A DNA stretch of 64,000 nt from Wickerhamiella versatilis. Its lineage: Eukaryota. The stretch covers positions 2,976,001 to 3,040,000 of the forward strand of contig JAQOWU010000008.1 in NCBI GenBank assembly GCA_030867685.1. The letters run 5' to 3'. A model generated the notes under the pieces. It worked only from the letters and a program-made list of their open reading frames with translations. It was not told the origin of the DNA and made no database searches. Positions within the stretch are counted from its first letter, which is position 1, and each line of letters starts with the position of its first letter. A program made the translations under genes and the position numbers. Below are positions 10,072 through 20,195 of the stretch, in pieces.

Positions 10072-10749
10072 ATGGACCCGTTTGGTGATGTTCTCGGTGA
10101 CGCAGAGGCCCAGTTAGGCACTGCGCAGGTCCAACTACGCCAGTATGAGTCTGATCCTACCCATGAGAAGCTCATGGATGTAAACCACACGCTCCAGGAA
10201 CTCAGTGAGATCGTTCGCGAGCTGTCTGGGTCTATAGTTGCCGTCCAGCAGAACCCCGCTCAGTTTGGCCTCAGTCAGATTCAGATCAATCAGCGTATCG
10301 ATAAAGTGGGTTCAATAAACAACCAAATAACTGATATTCAGCAAACACTGGTTGGTATCCGGGATGCTGCAATGCCCCTGCCTAGGAACCAGGGCCAAGC
10401 ACCACCACCATCGTCAGCAAACTATAGTGATGGGGTAGAGGAATCAGCAGATAGACAGCTACTGTATCAAGAGTCAATTCGAGAACAGGACGATATTCTT
10501 GATAGTGTATATGCCACGGTTAGCTCGTTGCGTGAGCAGGCCAACACCATGGGCAGGGAACTTGAAGACCAAGCTGGATACATTGACGACTTTGATATGC
10601 AGATGGATCGGTCAGGGGATCATCTTCGTAGGGGAATGGCCCGCGTTGATCACGTCCTTCGTCATAATAGGGATTGCTTAAGTTCGTGCTGTATTTTTAT
10701 CCTCGTGATTGTTCTGTTAATTCTGCTCGTCATTGCCTTTATTGTATGA
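10072..10749 (+). CDS. TLG1: Syntaxin-6 family Qc t-SNARE Tlg1
   Basis: MDPF..V..D start (Syntaxin-6_N), NPAQFGLS, SNARE motif EQDDILDSV...MGRELEDQ and a C-terminal CCI TM anchor. Confidence 0.88.
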   Translation: MDPFGDVLGDAEAQLGTAQVQLRQYESDPTHEKLMDVNHTLQELSEIVRELSGSIVAVQQNPAQFGLSQIQINQRIDKVGSINNQITDIQQTLVGIRDAAMPLPRNQGQAPPPSSANYSDGVEESADRQLLYQESIREQDDILDSVYATVSSLREQANTMGRELEDQAGYIDDFDMQMDRSGDHLRRGMARVDHVLRHNRDCLSSCCIFILVIVLLILLVIAFIV

Positions 10750-11382
10750 TCACATATTGCTCGTCCAGCTATTGAACCGAAATTCTGCCAGCGCAAAGCG
10801 ACCAGTATAGGATGCTATCTGGCTAAAGATGAGAAGTACATATTGACCTATGACGAGTTCGAGTTTCAAAGTTGGTTATTCAGACTCAAACCTTTGAATA
10901 CGCCCCCCATACCGCCAGTAGATTAAGGTATGGTTGAATGGCCCAAAGTCTACTCTAATTTTTTCTAAAAAATTCACGTTTGGCAGCATCTTGTCAGTGG
11001 TGGAATTTTAAAGCCCCGTCCTTTTCAACGTTGATTTCCTTGCCTTACCAAGCTCGACTAATGAAACAGCCCTTGCCCTGGTGTATACTGTGATGCTTCC
11101 GCTGCACACGATTAAGCTTTCTGGCAGGATGCAGCCATGGAACCACTTTTTTTTATTGAAAAAGACTAGCATTAAAATCTCTAAGAATTCACTGAGTACG
11201 ATCGGCAATCGTCCATGCTCAGCTGGCTGTCGTAGTTTGATGCGACTCGCCAGGATTTTCCAAAGGCGTCAGATATTTATAATCAATGTGGAGATAGGAT
11301 ACGCGATCTAAACGAGTATACGTGCTGTGATTTGTGATATCACAGTTTTCCTCTCTGACTTCGGGGTAAGTCAGTATAGGAT

Positions 11383-12558
11383 ATGCCGCAGCGTATTGTC
11401 ATAGTCGGCGGCGGAATAATAGGAGTGAGCACGGCTCACTACCTTGCTGAACACCATGCATTTGACCCTGGCAAGTATGAAATAACACTGATTGAGGCAT
11501 GCTCGCCTGCGTGCGGTGCGAGTGGTAAAGCTGGTGGGTTGCTAAGTCGAACTGCCTTTCCGAAGCAGATAGCACCGCTCTCATTCAGACTGCACGAAGA
11601 CCTCGCAAACCGCTTCGGTGGCGAGGAGAAATGGGGCTACCGGAAAGTCATGACTCTTTCCGTGGAAGGCACCGCAGTCATGGAGGATGAGGAGGAACTG
11701 GCTGAGGACGAGGTCGATGATGATGACGTTGCCAACGTCTCGGTGTTGCCAAAGGACCTGGACTGGCTGCGGCCTAATGTCGTCGAGTACTGCGAGCTTC
11801 TCGGGGGCAAGGACAAATTTGCACAAATCCACCCGTATTATTTCACCAATACGCTCCTAGAAAATCTCCAGGAGCGAGGTCTTGTAAATTTTGTTAAGGG
11901 CCGGGTTAATCAAGTGCACGGCAAGGAGGAGGGTAAAGCAACAGGGGTATCATATGTCGGTCCTGATGGCTCAAACCACCGCATCGACGCAGATATCGTG
12001 GTTATTACTGCCGGTCCATGGACGTCAAAACTTGTTGAGACCTGCCCGGTTGTCGGTATGAAGGTGCCATCCATAACTGTGACCCCTACCCGCGACGTTT
12101 CTCCTTTTTGCCTTTTTACGGAGATTGGCCTAAGGCATGGCAAGCGGGTCTCCCCTGAGGTTTATCCGCGGCAAAACGAGGTCTATATTTGTGGTGAGTC
12201 AGTCAATGATCCATTGCCGGTGACCGCAGACTTGATTAATGCAAACGAAGACATCTGCCAGGACTTGTTCCGCTACGGCGCAGCCCTTTCGAAGGAAATT
12301 GCTGAGGGCCACATCAAGCAGAAGCAAGCCTGCTATCTGCCAGTGGTTGATAGTCCTCGATGCTCAGGGCCCTTCATTGGCAAGACGAATGTCCCGAATC
12401 TCCTTCTGAGCGCAGGCCATACGTGCTGGGGAATCAATAATGGTCCAGTCACTGGTCTTCTGCTTTCGGAGCTTATTCTCGAGGGGTCGGTAAAATCTGC
12501 GAACATTCGCTCTTTGGAGCCGAGGCTGTTTTTTGATGCCTCTGTGGTGTTGTCGTAA
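11383..12558 (+). CDS. TDA3: FAD-dependent (DAO family) oxidoreductase-like protein Tda3/Btn3
   Basis: IVIVGGGIIG Rossmann motif, GASGKAGGLL, AQIHPYYFT and GHTCWGINNGP. Confidence 0.85.
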   Translation: MPQRIVIVGGGIIGVSTAHYLAEHHAFDPGKYEITLIEACSPACGASGKAGGLLSRTAFPKQIAPLSFRLHEDLANRFGGEEKWGYRKVMTLSVEGTAVMEDEEELAEDEVDDDDVANVSVLPKDLDWLRPNVVEYCELLGGKDKFAQIHPYYFTNTLLENLQERGLVNFVKGRVNQVHGKEEGKATGVSYVGPDGSNHRIDADIVVITAGPWTSKLVETCPVVGMKVPSITVTPTRDVSPFCLFTEIGLRHGKRVSPEVYPRQNEVYICGESVNDPLPVTADLINANEDICQDLFRYGAALSKEIAEGHIKQKQACYLPVVDSPRCSGPFIGKTNVPNLLLSAGHTCWGINNGPVTGLLLSELILEGSVKSANIRSLEPRLFFDASVVLS

Positions 12559-12751
12559 GCGCTTATGTTGTTATATCGTACATCAATTCTTAATTCTGCA
12601 TAGATATATAGTGCTTTATCCTTAAGACAACGTGTATGGGGACCCTTCGTTTCTATGATGTCACGAGATACCATAGCTAGAAGGTCAGTCAGCAGAGCCC
12701 ACTTCAGGGTGAGTGAACGTAAATAAACAATAGGGGGAGAGGTTTCTTCTG

Positions 12752-14251
12752 ATGGGAGTAAACTTCCTCTGGCGTGATTTTCCGGCGAATCCAAAATCGT
12801 TAGTGGAATTATGTGCAGCTTTTTATGACCGGCATGGCCAGCCACCACGGGTCGCCATTGATGTTTCACAGATGCTATTTCACGTATGTGAGGAAAAGTC
12901 CTCAGCAAATGCCCATATAGAGCATCGTATATTGATACGCAGATTTGCTGCGTTTGTTGCGGCAGGTTTTGCGGTGACCTGCGTCTTCGATTCTCCCAGC
13001 GTGTTTGTTAAACGGGGTGTGGCTGTAAGGCGCCAAGAGACGGGGTTCGGGGTCCAGGCAAGAGAAATAATCACGGCATTTGGGTTTGCTATTGTGGATG
13101 CACCGGGCGAGGCCGAAGCACAATGCGCAACCCTTCAATTGAACGGAACTGTGGACTTTGTGTTCAGCAATGACGCAGATGTTCTTGCGAACGGTGCCAG
13201 GGCAGTTCTTAAATATTCTCCGGAAAGTGAAACTGCAAACACCGCAATTGAGCGCCTGGTGGATGAGATTTATGTGGTTCGCCCTGTGCAGGAGTACGTA
13301 TTGAGGTCTGTGCTCCAGGGCTGCGATTGGAACGATGGGGTCCGTAGCATTGGATGTGAGTACGCCCGAAACATCGCTGAGTCGCCGCAACTAAGTACAG
13401 ATTTCGTGAAGATTGTTGAAGGGTCCTATGGCCACCTGAACTTAGTTCGTGGGGTCGAATGGTGGGATAAACTGGTAGGGATGCTGGAGAAGGGAGAGTT
13501 TGGCCGGCGAAACCTGCAACTTAGCAATTTAGGCCACCGTGAAAAAGAGGGCATTGTGCTCACCCTTCTGAAGACAGCAAAGCGTCTTGTGAATCCACTA
13601 GTTTCTCGAGATGTTGAGGATACCGGCAGCGCCGTACCGAATTGGACAGTGCTAATGCAACTTTGGCAGAAAGAAAGTGCCGCTCTGCAGAAAGCGCCTG
13701 GGAAATCGGAGAAAGCTGAGTCGCGTGAGAAGTCACTGCGTGACGGATCAAAGAAGCGTGATTCCAAGGTGGAATTTGCCAATGCCATTGCTCCAGCATA
13801 CGTCTCGTGGCAATTGTTACACTTGAAGCAACATAAGCGTACGGATCGAGTGTTCATGGGACCACCTCGTATAGCTGAGATTCCCTGGCTTGGAAATATT
13901 CAGATTACGGATGACCGAGCCCTCGCAGCCGTCCATTTTGATAGATGGCCACTGGAAACTATGTCCATCCCCCGTCCAGGGTCCAGCAAGGTTTTCATTC
14001 CATCCTACATTGCCCGAAAAAAAGCTTCGGTTTTAATTATTAAAAAATCTGGTAGACTTTCGAAGGGAGTAGGTGCTGCTGGTTCGGTACCCTCAAATAA
14101 TATGAGTCTACTGGATGTGTTTGCCCCGCAGCGTAGAGTCGAGCCACCAAGATTCAAGGTCGAAAAGGAGCCCCGTCGAGGACCTCGAGGACGAGGGTCT
14201 AAGCATCTACGTTCAAGCAATCAGCATTTAGGGATTGATGAGATTCTTTAG
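12752..14251 (+). CDS. YEN1: XPG/Rad2-family nuclease, Yen1/GEN1-like Holliday junction resolvase
   Basis: MGV..LW start, RVAIDVS, CVFD, APGEAEAQCA.LQ..G.VDFV.SNDAD and GCDW..GV..IG (H2TH); catalytic acidic residues present. Subfamily assignment is inferred. Confidence 0.7.
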   Translation: MGVNFLWRDFPANPKSLVELCAAFYDRHGQPPRVAIDVSQMLFHVCEEKSSANAHIEHRILIRRFAAFVAAGFAVTCVFDSPSVFVKRGVAVRRQETGFGVQAREIITAFGFAIVDAPGEAEAQCATLQLNGTVDFVFSNDADVLANGARAVLKYSPESETANTAIERLVDEIYVVRPVQEYVLRSVLQGCDWNDGVRSIGCEYARNIAESPQLSTDFVKIVEGSYGHLNLVRGVEWWDKLVGMLEKGEFGRRNLQLSNLGHREKEGIVLTLLKTAKRLVNPLVSRDVEDTGSAVPNWTVLMQLWQKESAALQKAPGKSEKAESREKSLRDGSKKRDSKVEFANAIAPAYVSWQLLHLKQHKRTDRVFMGPPRIAEIPWLGNIQITDDRALAAVHFDRWPLETMSIPRPGSSKVFIPSYIARKKASVLIIKKSGRLSKGVGAAGSVPSNNMSLLDVFAPQRRVEPPRFKVEKEPRRGPRGRGSKHLRSSNQHLGIDEIL

Positions 14252-14480
14252 CTCAGGAGCGTATGTTTTTTTCTTTTGCATGATATCGATAGCTAATTAA
14301 AATTTTATAGAGCTCGCAGTAATAGGCTCTTTATTTATTCAAAAAATCTCAATCTTTATAGCAATATGTGAGATAATAACTTGTACCCAATCAGGTTCTG
14401 GTCCGGTCACTTCAGTACCTAAGAACCACCTTCGTGGGTAGCCAAAGGTTAGGGCGGTCCCACTAATTTTCTTACAGATC

Positions 14481-15089
14481 ATGTTTATTCTGCGCCTGAT
14501 TGCAGAAGTGTTCTCTCTTATCGCAATGTGCTTCAGCGCATATGGGGTTGTAAGCTGGAACCATATACATTTTCGATATAGCGCATTTGTTGACGCACTC
14601 GCGGCGCTCGTCCAGTTAGGTCTTTTGATCGCGCAGTCTAAATGCAAGTCAACAGGATACCTTACATTAGGTCTAATCTGTGACTTTATTCTAACGCTTC
14701 TCCTCGCAGCCGCAGCCATTGTCACGACTACGCGTATCCACCCATGTTTCAACGACCACGTCTTTGCGCAAAGTAACTCTGTATTTTACATCTTCTTCAC
14801 ATCATTCTGTCATAAACTGCAAGTTCTGGTAGCATTTCAGTATATTTCCTTTTTTATGGAGGTGATATTAACAATTGCCGGGATAGCTGCTTTTCAACCG
14901 TCCCGACGCAGTCCCTCTCAGGACTGCGATGACGAGGATGATGAGAAGTCGTCAAAGCATTCAACAGACCAGAAGCATGCAGGCTGTGACGACGATGAGG
15001 AAAAAGCACTTTCCGACATTTCCGTGGACAAAAGGCCCTCGTTTGGACCTCCGGTCCGATTGAGTAATTTTGATTTCACTCTGGCATGA
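14481..15089 (+). CDS. Four-TM membrane protein (MARVEL-like) with acidic tail
   Basis: Four hydrophobic segments, Cys pair in the third loop, and CHKLQVLVAFQYISF pattern typical of fungal MARVEL proteins. Confidence 0.6.
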   Translation: MFILRLIAEVFSLIAMCFSAYGVVSWNHIHFRYSAFVDALAALVQLGLLIAQSKCKSTGYLTLGLICDFILTLLLAAAAIVTTTRIHPCFNDHVFAQSNSVFYIFFTSFCHKLQVLVAFQYISFFMEVILTIAGIAAFQPSRRSPSQDCDDEDDEKSSKHSTDQKHAGCDDDEEKALSDISVDKRPSFGPPVRLSNFDFTLA

Positions 15090-15374
15090 ATAAAAGAGGT
15101 GCTAATCAATATTATAATTGGAGTTCTTGGTCTCCAGCCTATTTAATCAATCACTAGCCATACATAATGTACAGTCAACAATAAGTCATCCCTGTGGAAG
15201 CACCAGCAGATAGAAATCTGGGCCTTATGAGTTTGCAATTTAAGCAGAGAGATAGAGATTATTTCTGTAGAAAAAAGGTACCTTGTGTAGCATAAACTAA
15301 CCTATTGCGTCATTGATGGTATTATTTTTCCGGATTTCCTGGACTCGGTCAGCGTCATCGCTTACTTACTTGTA

Positions 15375-16844
15375 ATGCTTTGGCTGGTGGCCACCTTGGC
15401 GGTGGCTACCGCAGCGTATAATGAAAGCTTGACAGTACGGCCATTGCCTGGTGGGCTCCTGCTGAATACGTTTTCCTTTAACTCTTCGCAGAATGTCCAG
15501 GAAGTGGGTAGCTTCACTGCGTATGACGCTTTCCCACGGAGTCTAGGCCAGATCGTTCAGCGTGCTAAGGCGAGCGAACTCCACCTACGGATGGGTGGAG
15601 GCTGGTGGGATGCTGAAAGCTGGGGGGCTGAGCCCGATGATGGTGTGAGCGGAGCTGAGGTCTGGGCGCGGATCTCCGGGGAATCACAGTCAGAAGCCTT
15701 GGAAAATTGGCATCGTCTTGTAAGTGACCTCAGCGGATATTTCTGCGCGTCACTGAATTTTATAGATTCCACAAAAACGGCCTGGCCATCTTCTGAGGTA
15801 TTCGCGTCTGGTAATGAAAACAAGGGATGGCTTCTTCACGGTGTTTTGCCTGGGGAACCTGTCTGTACAGAGAACCTGACCCCCTTCCTGAAACTGCTCC
15901 CGTGTAAGGGCCAAGCAGGGGTTGCTTCTCTTATGGATGGTCACCGCATCTTCGACAGCATGTGGGATAGTATCTCGGTCAATGTGGTACGCGATGGCAG
16001 TGAGTGGAGATTAGAGCAACGCCTTTCGCATGTAGTTGATGTGGATCATCAGCTCAAACGCAACAAAAGCCCATTACCTGTGCCAGAACCGGTCGAAGAT
16101 CTCGCATGCGATCCCAGCGTTACCGGCGCTTCAACCTGTTTTCCCTTACCGTTGGAATCGTTAGAGTTCCGGTTGAGCGATATATACGGAAGAAAACTAG
16201 CAGAACAGTGTCCCATCGATAGCCGACCGGGCTCACGAATGGTTTTTGATGCCCCAGCGGGGTGGGAGTATCAGATCGAGAACGATGATATGCTACTGAA
16301 ATCAGAGAACCTCTCTCTTACAGAGCCCTTCGGTGCCCCTCCCGTTTTTATAGATCGTTCCTTTAGTGGATGGGGCCAGCAGAAGGGTGGGATTCGAATG
16401 GATGTACACAATCCCACCGACAAGCCGGTAGAACTCATTTATTATGAAGTATTGCCCTGGTTCCTCCGGGTGTACCTCCATACAATGTCCCCAGGTGTCC
16501 AAATTCTCAATTATGTTGCTGCTAAAGACCGAGGTCGCCCCACCCAGCTGGAAATGAAGATAGCTCTGATGCCTCATGGCACCAAGGTGGTCGAATACGA
16601 GTTTGACCGATCCCTGCTGTATCTCGAGGAGTACCCACCCGATGCAAACTACGGGTTCGAGTTGGCGCCTGCTAAGTGGATTGCCAATGGCATTAGGGGA
16701 AAAACTACATCACTTCTTGTCTCGCTGCCAGTGCCAGACTTCAGCATGCCCTACAATGTAATCATTTTAAGTTCTACGGTGATGGGATTGGCGTTCGGGA
16801 CGTTGTTCAACCTGGTCACCAAGCATGTTGTCCCTGAGACGTGA
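15375..16844 (+). CDS. GPI16: GPI transamidase subunit Gpi16/PIG-T
   Basis: Signal peptide, FPRSLGQI, LSGYFCASLNFID, EPVCTENLTPFLKLLPCKG, EYPPDAN.GF and LPVPDFSMPYNVIIL. Confidence 0.95.
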   Translation: MLWLVATLAVATAAYNESLTVRPLPGGLLLNTFSFNSSQNVQEVGSFTAYDAFPRSLGQIVQRAKASELHLRMGGGWWDAESWGAEPDDGVSGAEVWARISGESQSEALENWHRLVSDLSGYFCASLNFIDSTKTAWPSSEVFASGNENKGWLLHGVLPGEPVCTENLTPFLKLLPCKGQAGVASLMDGHRIFDSMWDSISVNVVRDGSEWRLEQRLSHVVDVDHQLKRNKSPLPVPEPVEDLACDPSVTGASTCFPLPLESLEFRLSDIYGRKLAEQCPIDSRPGSRMVFDAPAGWEYQIENDDMLLKSENLSLTEPFGAPPVFIDRSFSGWGQQKGGIRMDVHNPTDKPVELIYYEVLPWFLRVYLHTMSPGVQILNYVAAKDRGRPTQLEMKIALMPHGTKVVEYEFDRSLLYLEEYPPDANYGFELAPAKWIANGIRGKTTSLLVSLPVPDFSMPYNVIILSSTVMGLAFGTLFNLVTKHVVPET

Positions 16845-16941
16845 ATTAAAATATAATTGTTTGAATTGAATTAATACTTAAATAAAGATTTTAGCATGGG
16901 ATGCATCCCGTGAAAGCATTGATATAAATCACCTAGTCCAG

Positions 16942-19434
16942 CTAGGTTTTACGTGCACGCAGATGATTGGCAACAGCCGCATAGAGGGAACGTAAATTGC
17001 CCTCTTCCAGGGGAGGATCTTCCAGAAAGGTCTCCATCTCGTGGCGCAGAGAGGACATTGTGGAGATCATCTCAGACGGCGGACCAGGGTTAAGCATCTT
17101 GCGGAAAATCTTATGCCACACAGGGTGTCGTGGTTGCCGTCGTGTTGACGTAGGCACTGGTTCAAACCCCTCCGGCTTCTGCCTAACAACTAGACGTGGT
17201 CCAAAAAGAAGCACATGCGCGACAGCTGCTATTCCATGATAGTCAGTTTCATACGACCAGGGCTTATTATGCACAATCTGCCAGCAATCTTGCTCAGGGT
17301 CGGGCTCCCACGTGGCGAGGTACTGCTGCCCCCTAGGAAAGAGATGTGTATCAATGCCACGGCCAAAGTCAACAAGGCAGATACCATGATCACGCCAGCC
17401 ACGGTCACCTCCTGGCTGGAATTCGCCTCTCAATCTACGTGACGACGGATCGAAGCCAACGCGAATCATGATGTTCTCTGGTTTGATATCCCCATGAATG
17501 ATGCCCACCTGATGCAGATTTTCTACTGTACGCATAAGCTCGACGATGTAGAACATCGCAAGCTGCTCATGGGCTCTGTCGTTTGAGAATCTACCATGGT
17601 GGATAACATTTGACACGTCCAGCAAGTTACCGTACCCCATTAGAGCCATCAGCATGAATTGTATTTGGGCATAACCTTCATAATGATAAATGGACACTAT
17701 ACTGTCCAGGATACGAGGATCATGGAGACGTGAGCGAGCGGCACTAATCAAATAGAATTCCCACGGAATTGCGGAACGCTCTGCCTTGAGGGCATACATT
17801 TTACCCTGCTCGAGTCGTACCTTCCATACCACACCGTAGTTTCCATCCCCCAGCTGAAGTTTGAGTTGTGCAGCAAATTGCGACAGCTCGATGATGTTCC
17901 CCGGCTTCATCTCGCCCAACGGAAGCGGCATGGGTGAATGTACGAATAATGGGATTGCTTGCAATGATCTTAGGACACGAGGCAGCAGTTTACGCCGGAC
18001 TTCAGGTAAAGATGCATCACATGGCGGACCCGGAGGTCCTGGCGGGTAACCATTATCTTCAATTTCCACCCTGGCTTGGGTACTGGCGTCACTGGATGAA
18101 CGGGAAACTAGGAGATTATGTAGTTGTGGAGATAGCCGAAGTGACCTTTTTCCTGGGGTACCAGGCCCACCAGGGGTTGGTGGTCCAGACTGCTGGGTTT
18201 CAATAGAGGCTGATGACACCGAACTGAGGCTACGACTACTGTTACTCCAGGTCGAATCATGGCGGGGTGGTGGCCACAAGGGCGGTGGCTGCGGTGGCTG
18301 CGGTGGCTGCGTCGAGGTGGGAGGTTGTAAAGGTATCCGGGGAATGATTTCTGTTGGTTCCGGCGGCCTTGGTGGCGCGATCTTCTCCGTGTACCCCAGG
18401 TGAGCATTGCCATAGTGGTACTGGCGCAGCACAGAACTAAGGCGCTCAGTGCGGTCCTCCTTCACCTCCTTTTGGATCTCAGTTGTTTCATATGATCGAG
18501 GTAGATCTTTTTCTAGAAGATCGCGCTGTATTAACATATTCTCTTCGTAGCTGATTTCGTCCCCCTCGGGGCCCTGAGGCCATACGGCATCTAGAAATAC
18601 CATCACATGCTCAGTATCAGTATCATTGAAAACCTCGATGCGGGGGCTTCGGGTTTCAGCCCGGTGTAAATCGTTTTGGACAATGGTCTGTCCTACCCAC
18701 CGGGATGCCTGCTGCTTGTTTTCGTCGTGCTGTGGGAGGGTAGGGAAAGGTTGATCTGGTTGGACATATAAGGGATCCTGGGCATCTTGATCAGACTGGT
18801 CATCGGTAAAGACTCGAAGTCTTTTAAGACCCGAGCCAGGCTGTATTTCTGATCGTCCATCTGCAGGTCCCGGCTGCCTTTCAACACCTGGCGGTCCACC
18901 CACAGGCCCCAAGCCAATGGTGTTATTCCCAGCCTGTGCTGCAATTCTGGCTCGCAGATCATCAAGACGCATCTTAAGCCTAGCGACAGGCAATGCACCT
19001 GCCCTCATGCCAGCCTCAAGGACCGCCTCTGCCTTATCCAATGACTTGCGCAATTCCAATAACGCCGAATATTCTTCGTAAAACAACGCACGGCACGATC
19101 CGATCCCCTTCTGTATCATCCATTTGAACACATAAACCGGATCAGGCGAAAGGCTTGCGTACTCTAGCCACACCCTCAGGTACCGCATATCATTACGATA
19201 TCTCTCCGCATCAGCAAATCTCGCAGTGATTTGGCTCAATATGTCTGTGCGCGTCTGCCTATCTCTGTGAGAGGCCAATTTTTCAAGTAAGTGGCACAAT
19301 GACTCTTCGTCCGGATCGTCGGCATGCATAATGGCTGGCGTGGCGTCTTCTAGAGGCCCGTCATGCACCAAAAGGCCTTCCGGTAAAGCAGTGATGTTCT
19401 CCTTCAGCTCCTCCAGTGACCTAACATAGACCAT
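16942..19434 (-). CDS. BUB1: Spindle checkpoint protein Bub1/Mad3 (MadBub)
   Basis: KENI at the N-terminus, TPR with YRNDMRYLRVWLEYA and ALFYEEY, GLEBS-like EISYEE, and a kinase domain (LGDGNYG, IIHGDIKPEN, LVDFGRGID, PWSYETDYHGIA). Confidence 0.93.
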   Translation of the reverse strand: MVYVRSLEELKENITALPEGLLVHDGPLEDATPAIMHADDPDEESLCHLLEKLASHRDRQTRTDILSQITARFADAERYRNDMRYLRVWLEYASLSPDPVYVFKWMIQKGIGSCRALFYEEYSALLELRKSLDKAEAVLEAGMRAGALPVARLKMRLDDLRARIAAQAGNNTIGLGPVGGPPGVERQPGPADGRSEIQPGSGLKRLRVFTDDQSDQDAQDPLYVQPDQPFPTLPQHDENKQQASRWVGQTIVQNDLHRAETRSPRIEVFNDTDTEHVMVFLDAVWPQGPEGDEISYEENMLIQRDLLEKDLPRSYETTEIQKEVKEDRTERLSSVLRQYHYGNAHLGYTEKIAPPRPPEPTEIIPRIPLQPPTSTQPPQPPQPPPLWPPPRHDSTWSNSSRSLSSVSSASIETQQSGPPTPGGPGTPGKRSLRLSPQLHNLLVSRSSSDASTQARVEIEDNGYPPGPPGPPCDASLPEVRRKLLPRVLRSLQAIPLFVHSPMPLPLGEMKPGNIIELSQFAAQLKLQLGDGNYGVVWKVRLEQGKMYALKAERSAIPWEFYLISAARSRLHDPRILDSIVSIYHYEGYAQIQFMLMALMGYGNLLDVSNVIHHGRFSNDRAHEQLAMFYIVELMRTVENLHQVGIIHGDIKPENIMIRVGFDPSSRRLRGEFQPGGDRGWRDHGICLVDFGRGIDTHLFPRGQQYLATWEPDPEQDCWQIVHNKPWSYETDYHGIAAVAHVLLFGPRLVVRQKPEGFEPVPTSTRRQPRHPVWHKIFRKMLNPGPPSEMISTMSSLRHEMETFLEDPPLEEGNLRSLYAAVANHLRARKT

Positions 19435-20051
19435 CGAAGCTTCCCTGCTCTATCTTGAGACCCACGGGGAAGGGTTTTTTGGTCGTGAGGGGGGCTTCTA
19501 GATTTCTTCAGGGCAAGGGTTGTTGCATGAGGCTTTCCCAGGATCAATCGCTGTTTATGCATAGTGTAGCTCTCAGTTAGTGCTTAAGTTAAATGTAAGC
19601 GAGTGGCTGGTTTTAAGATTATCATGTGTGAAATATCTTCTTGAAAGCACTTTAGCATATAAAAATATGTAAAACTCTTTTAAACTGAGCAGAGCAGATT
19701 ATCATACTATTGCTATCTTGTATAGTATAGTTGCATATCTATAGCCGATATGATGCTCGCGAACTTACGTTTGATCAGTTGGATCTACAGGTAGAAATGT
19801 ATCGTAACATGAAACTGCCCCGGCAATGTCTGTAACAAAGACGACAAGATAAGAAAATGGCACAATGGTTCTCTCAATGACCGATCAGGGACCAAACTTG
19901 GGGCAAGTCATAACTTGCATATCTTGTACTTATGATTATGCTGGTGTCGTAGGGACTATGTTTCAGGATCAGAGGAAAAAGCTAAGGTCATATTGACGAG
20001 AAAAAAGAGTGCGATCTTTGGGTAAGTATGGGCAAGTTTAAATGACAAGTA

Positions 20052-20082
20052 ATCGGCTAAACAACGTACATATCGGCTAAAC
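20052..20082 (+). repeat. Direct repeat ATCGGCTAAAC x2 (20-bp period)
   Basis: Copies at 20052-20062 and 20072-20082; an inverted partial copy TAGCCGATA lies at 19742-19750. Confidence 0.7.
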
Positions 20083-20107
20083 TCAAAACAGAAAGAACTA
20101 TACTATT

Positions 20108-20131
20108 GTCCTTCGACAGGTCCTTCGACAG
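20108..20131 (+). repeat. Tandem duplication GTCCTTCGACAG x2
   Basis: Perfect 12-bp copies at 20108-20119 and 20120-20131. Confidence 0.85.
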
Positions 20132-20176
20132 ACAGGCTCTGGTAAAGGTGATAGATAAGTAGTGGTAGAATGTAAG

Positions 20177-20183
20177 TGACTCA
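20177..20183. promoter_or_regulatory. Gcn4/Bas1-type site TGACTCA upstream of ADE2
   Basis: TGACTCA 12 nt before the ADE2 ATG; the same heptamer lies upstream of ADE5,7. Confidence 0.6.
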
Positions 20184-20195
20184 GCTTAGCACTAT

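Noticed and set aside
10750-11382. Long gap between TLG1 and TDA3 with 66- and 76-aa ORFs
   Set aside because: Non-ATG starts, no homology, and no tRNA or snoRNA boxes recognised.
12333-12908. 191-aa minus ORF bridging TDA3 and YEN1
   Set aside because: Overlaps two real genes, starts at a non-ATG codon and has no motifs.
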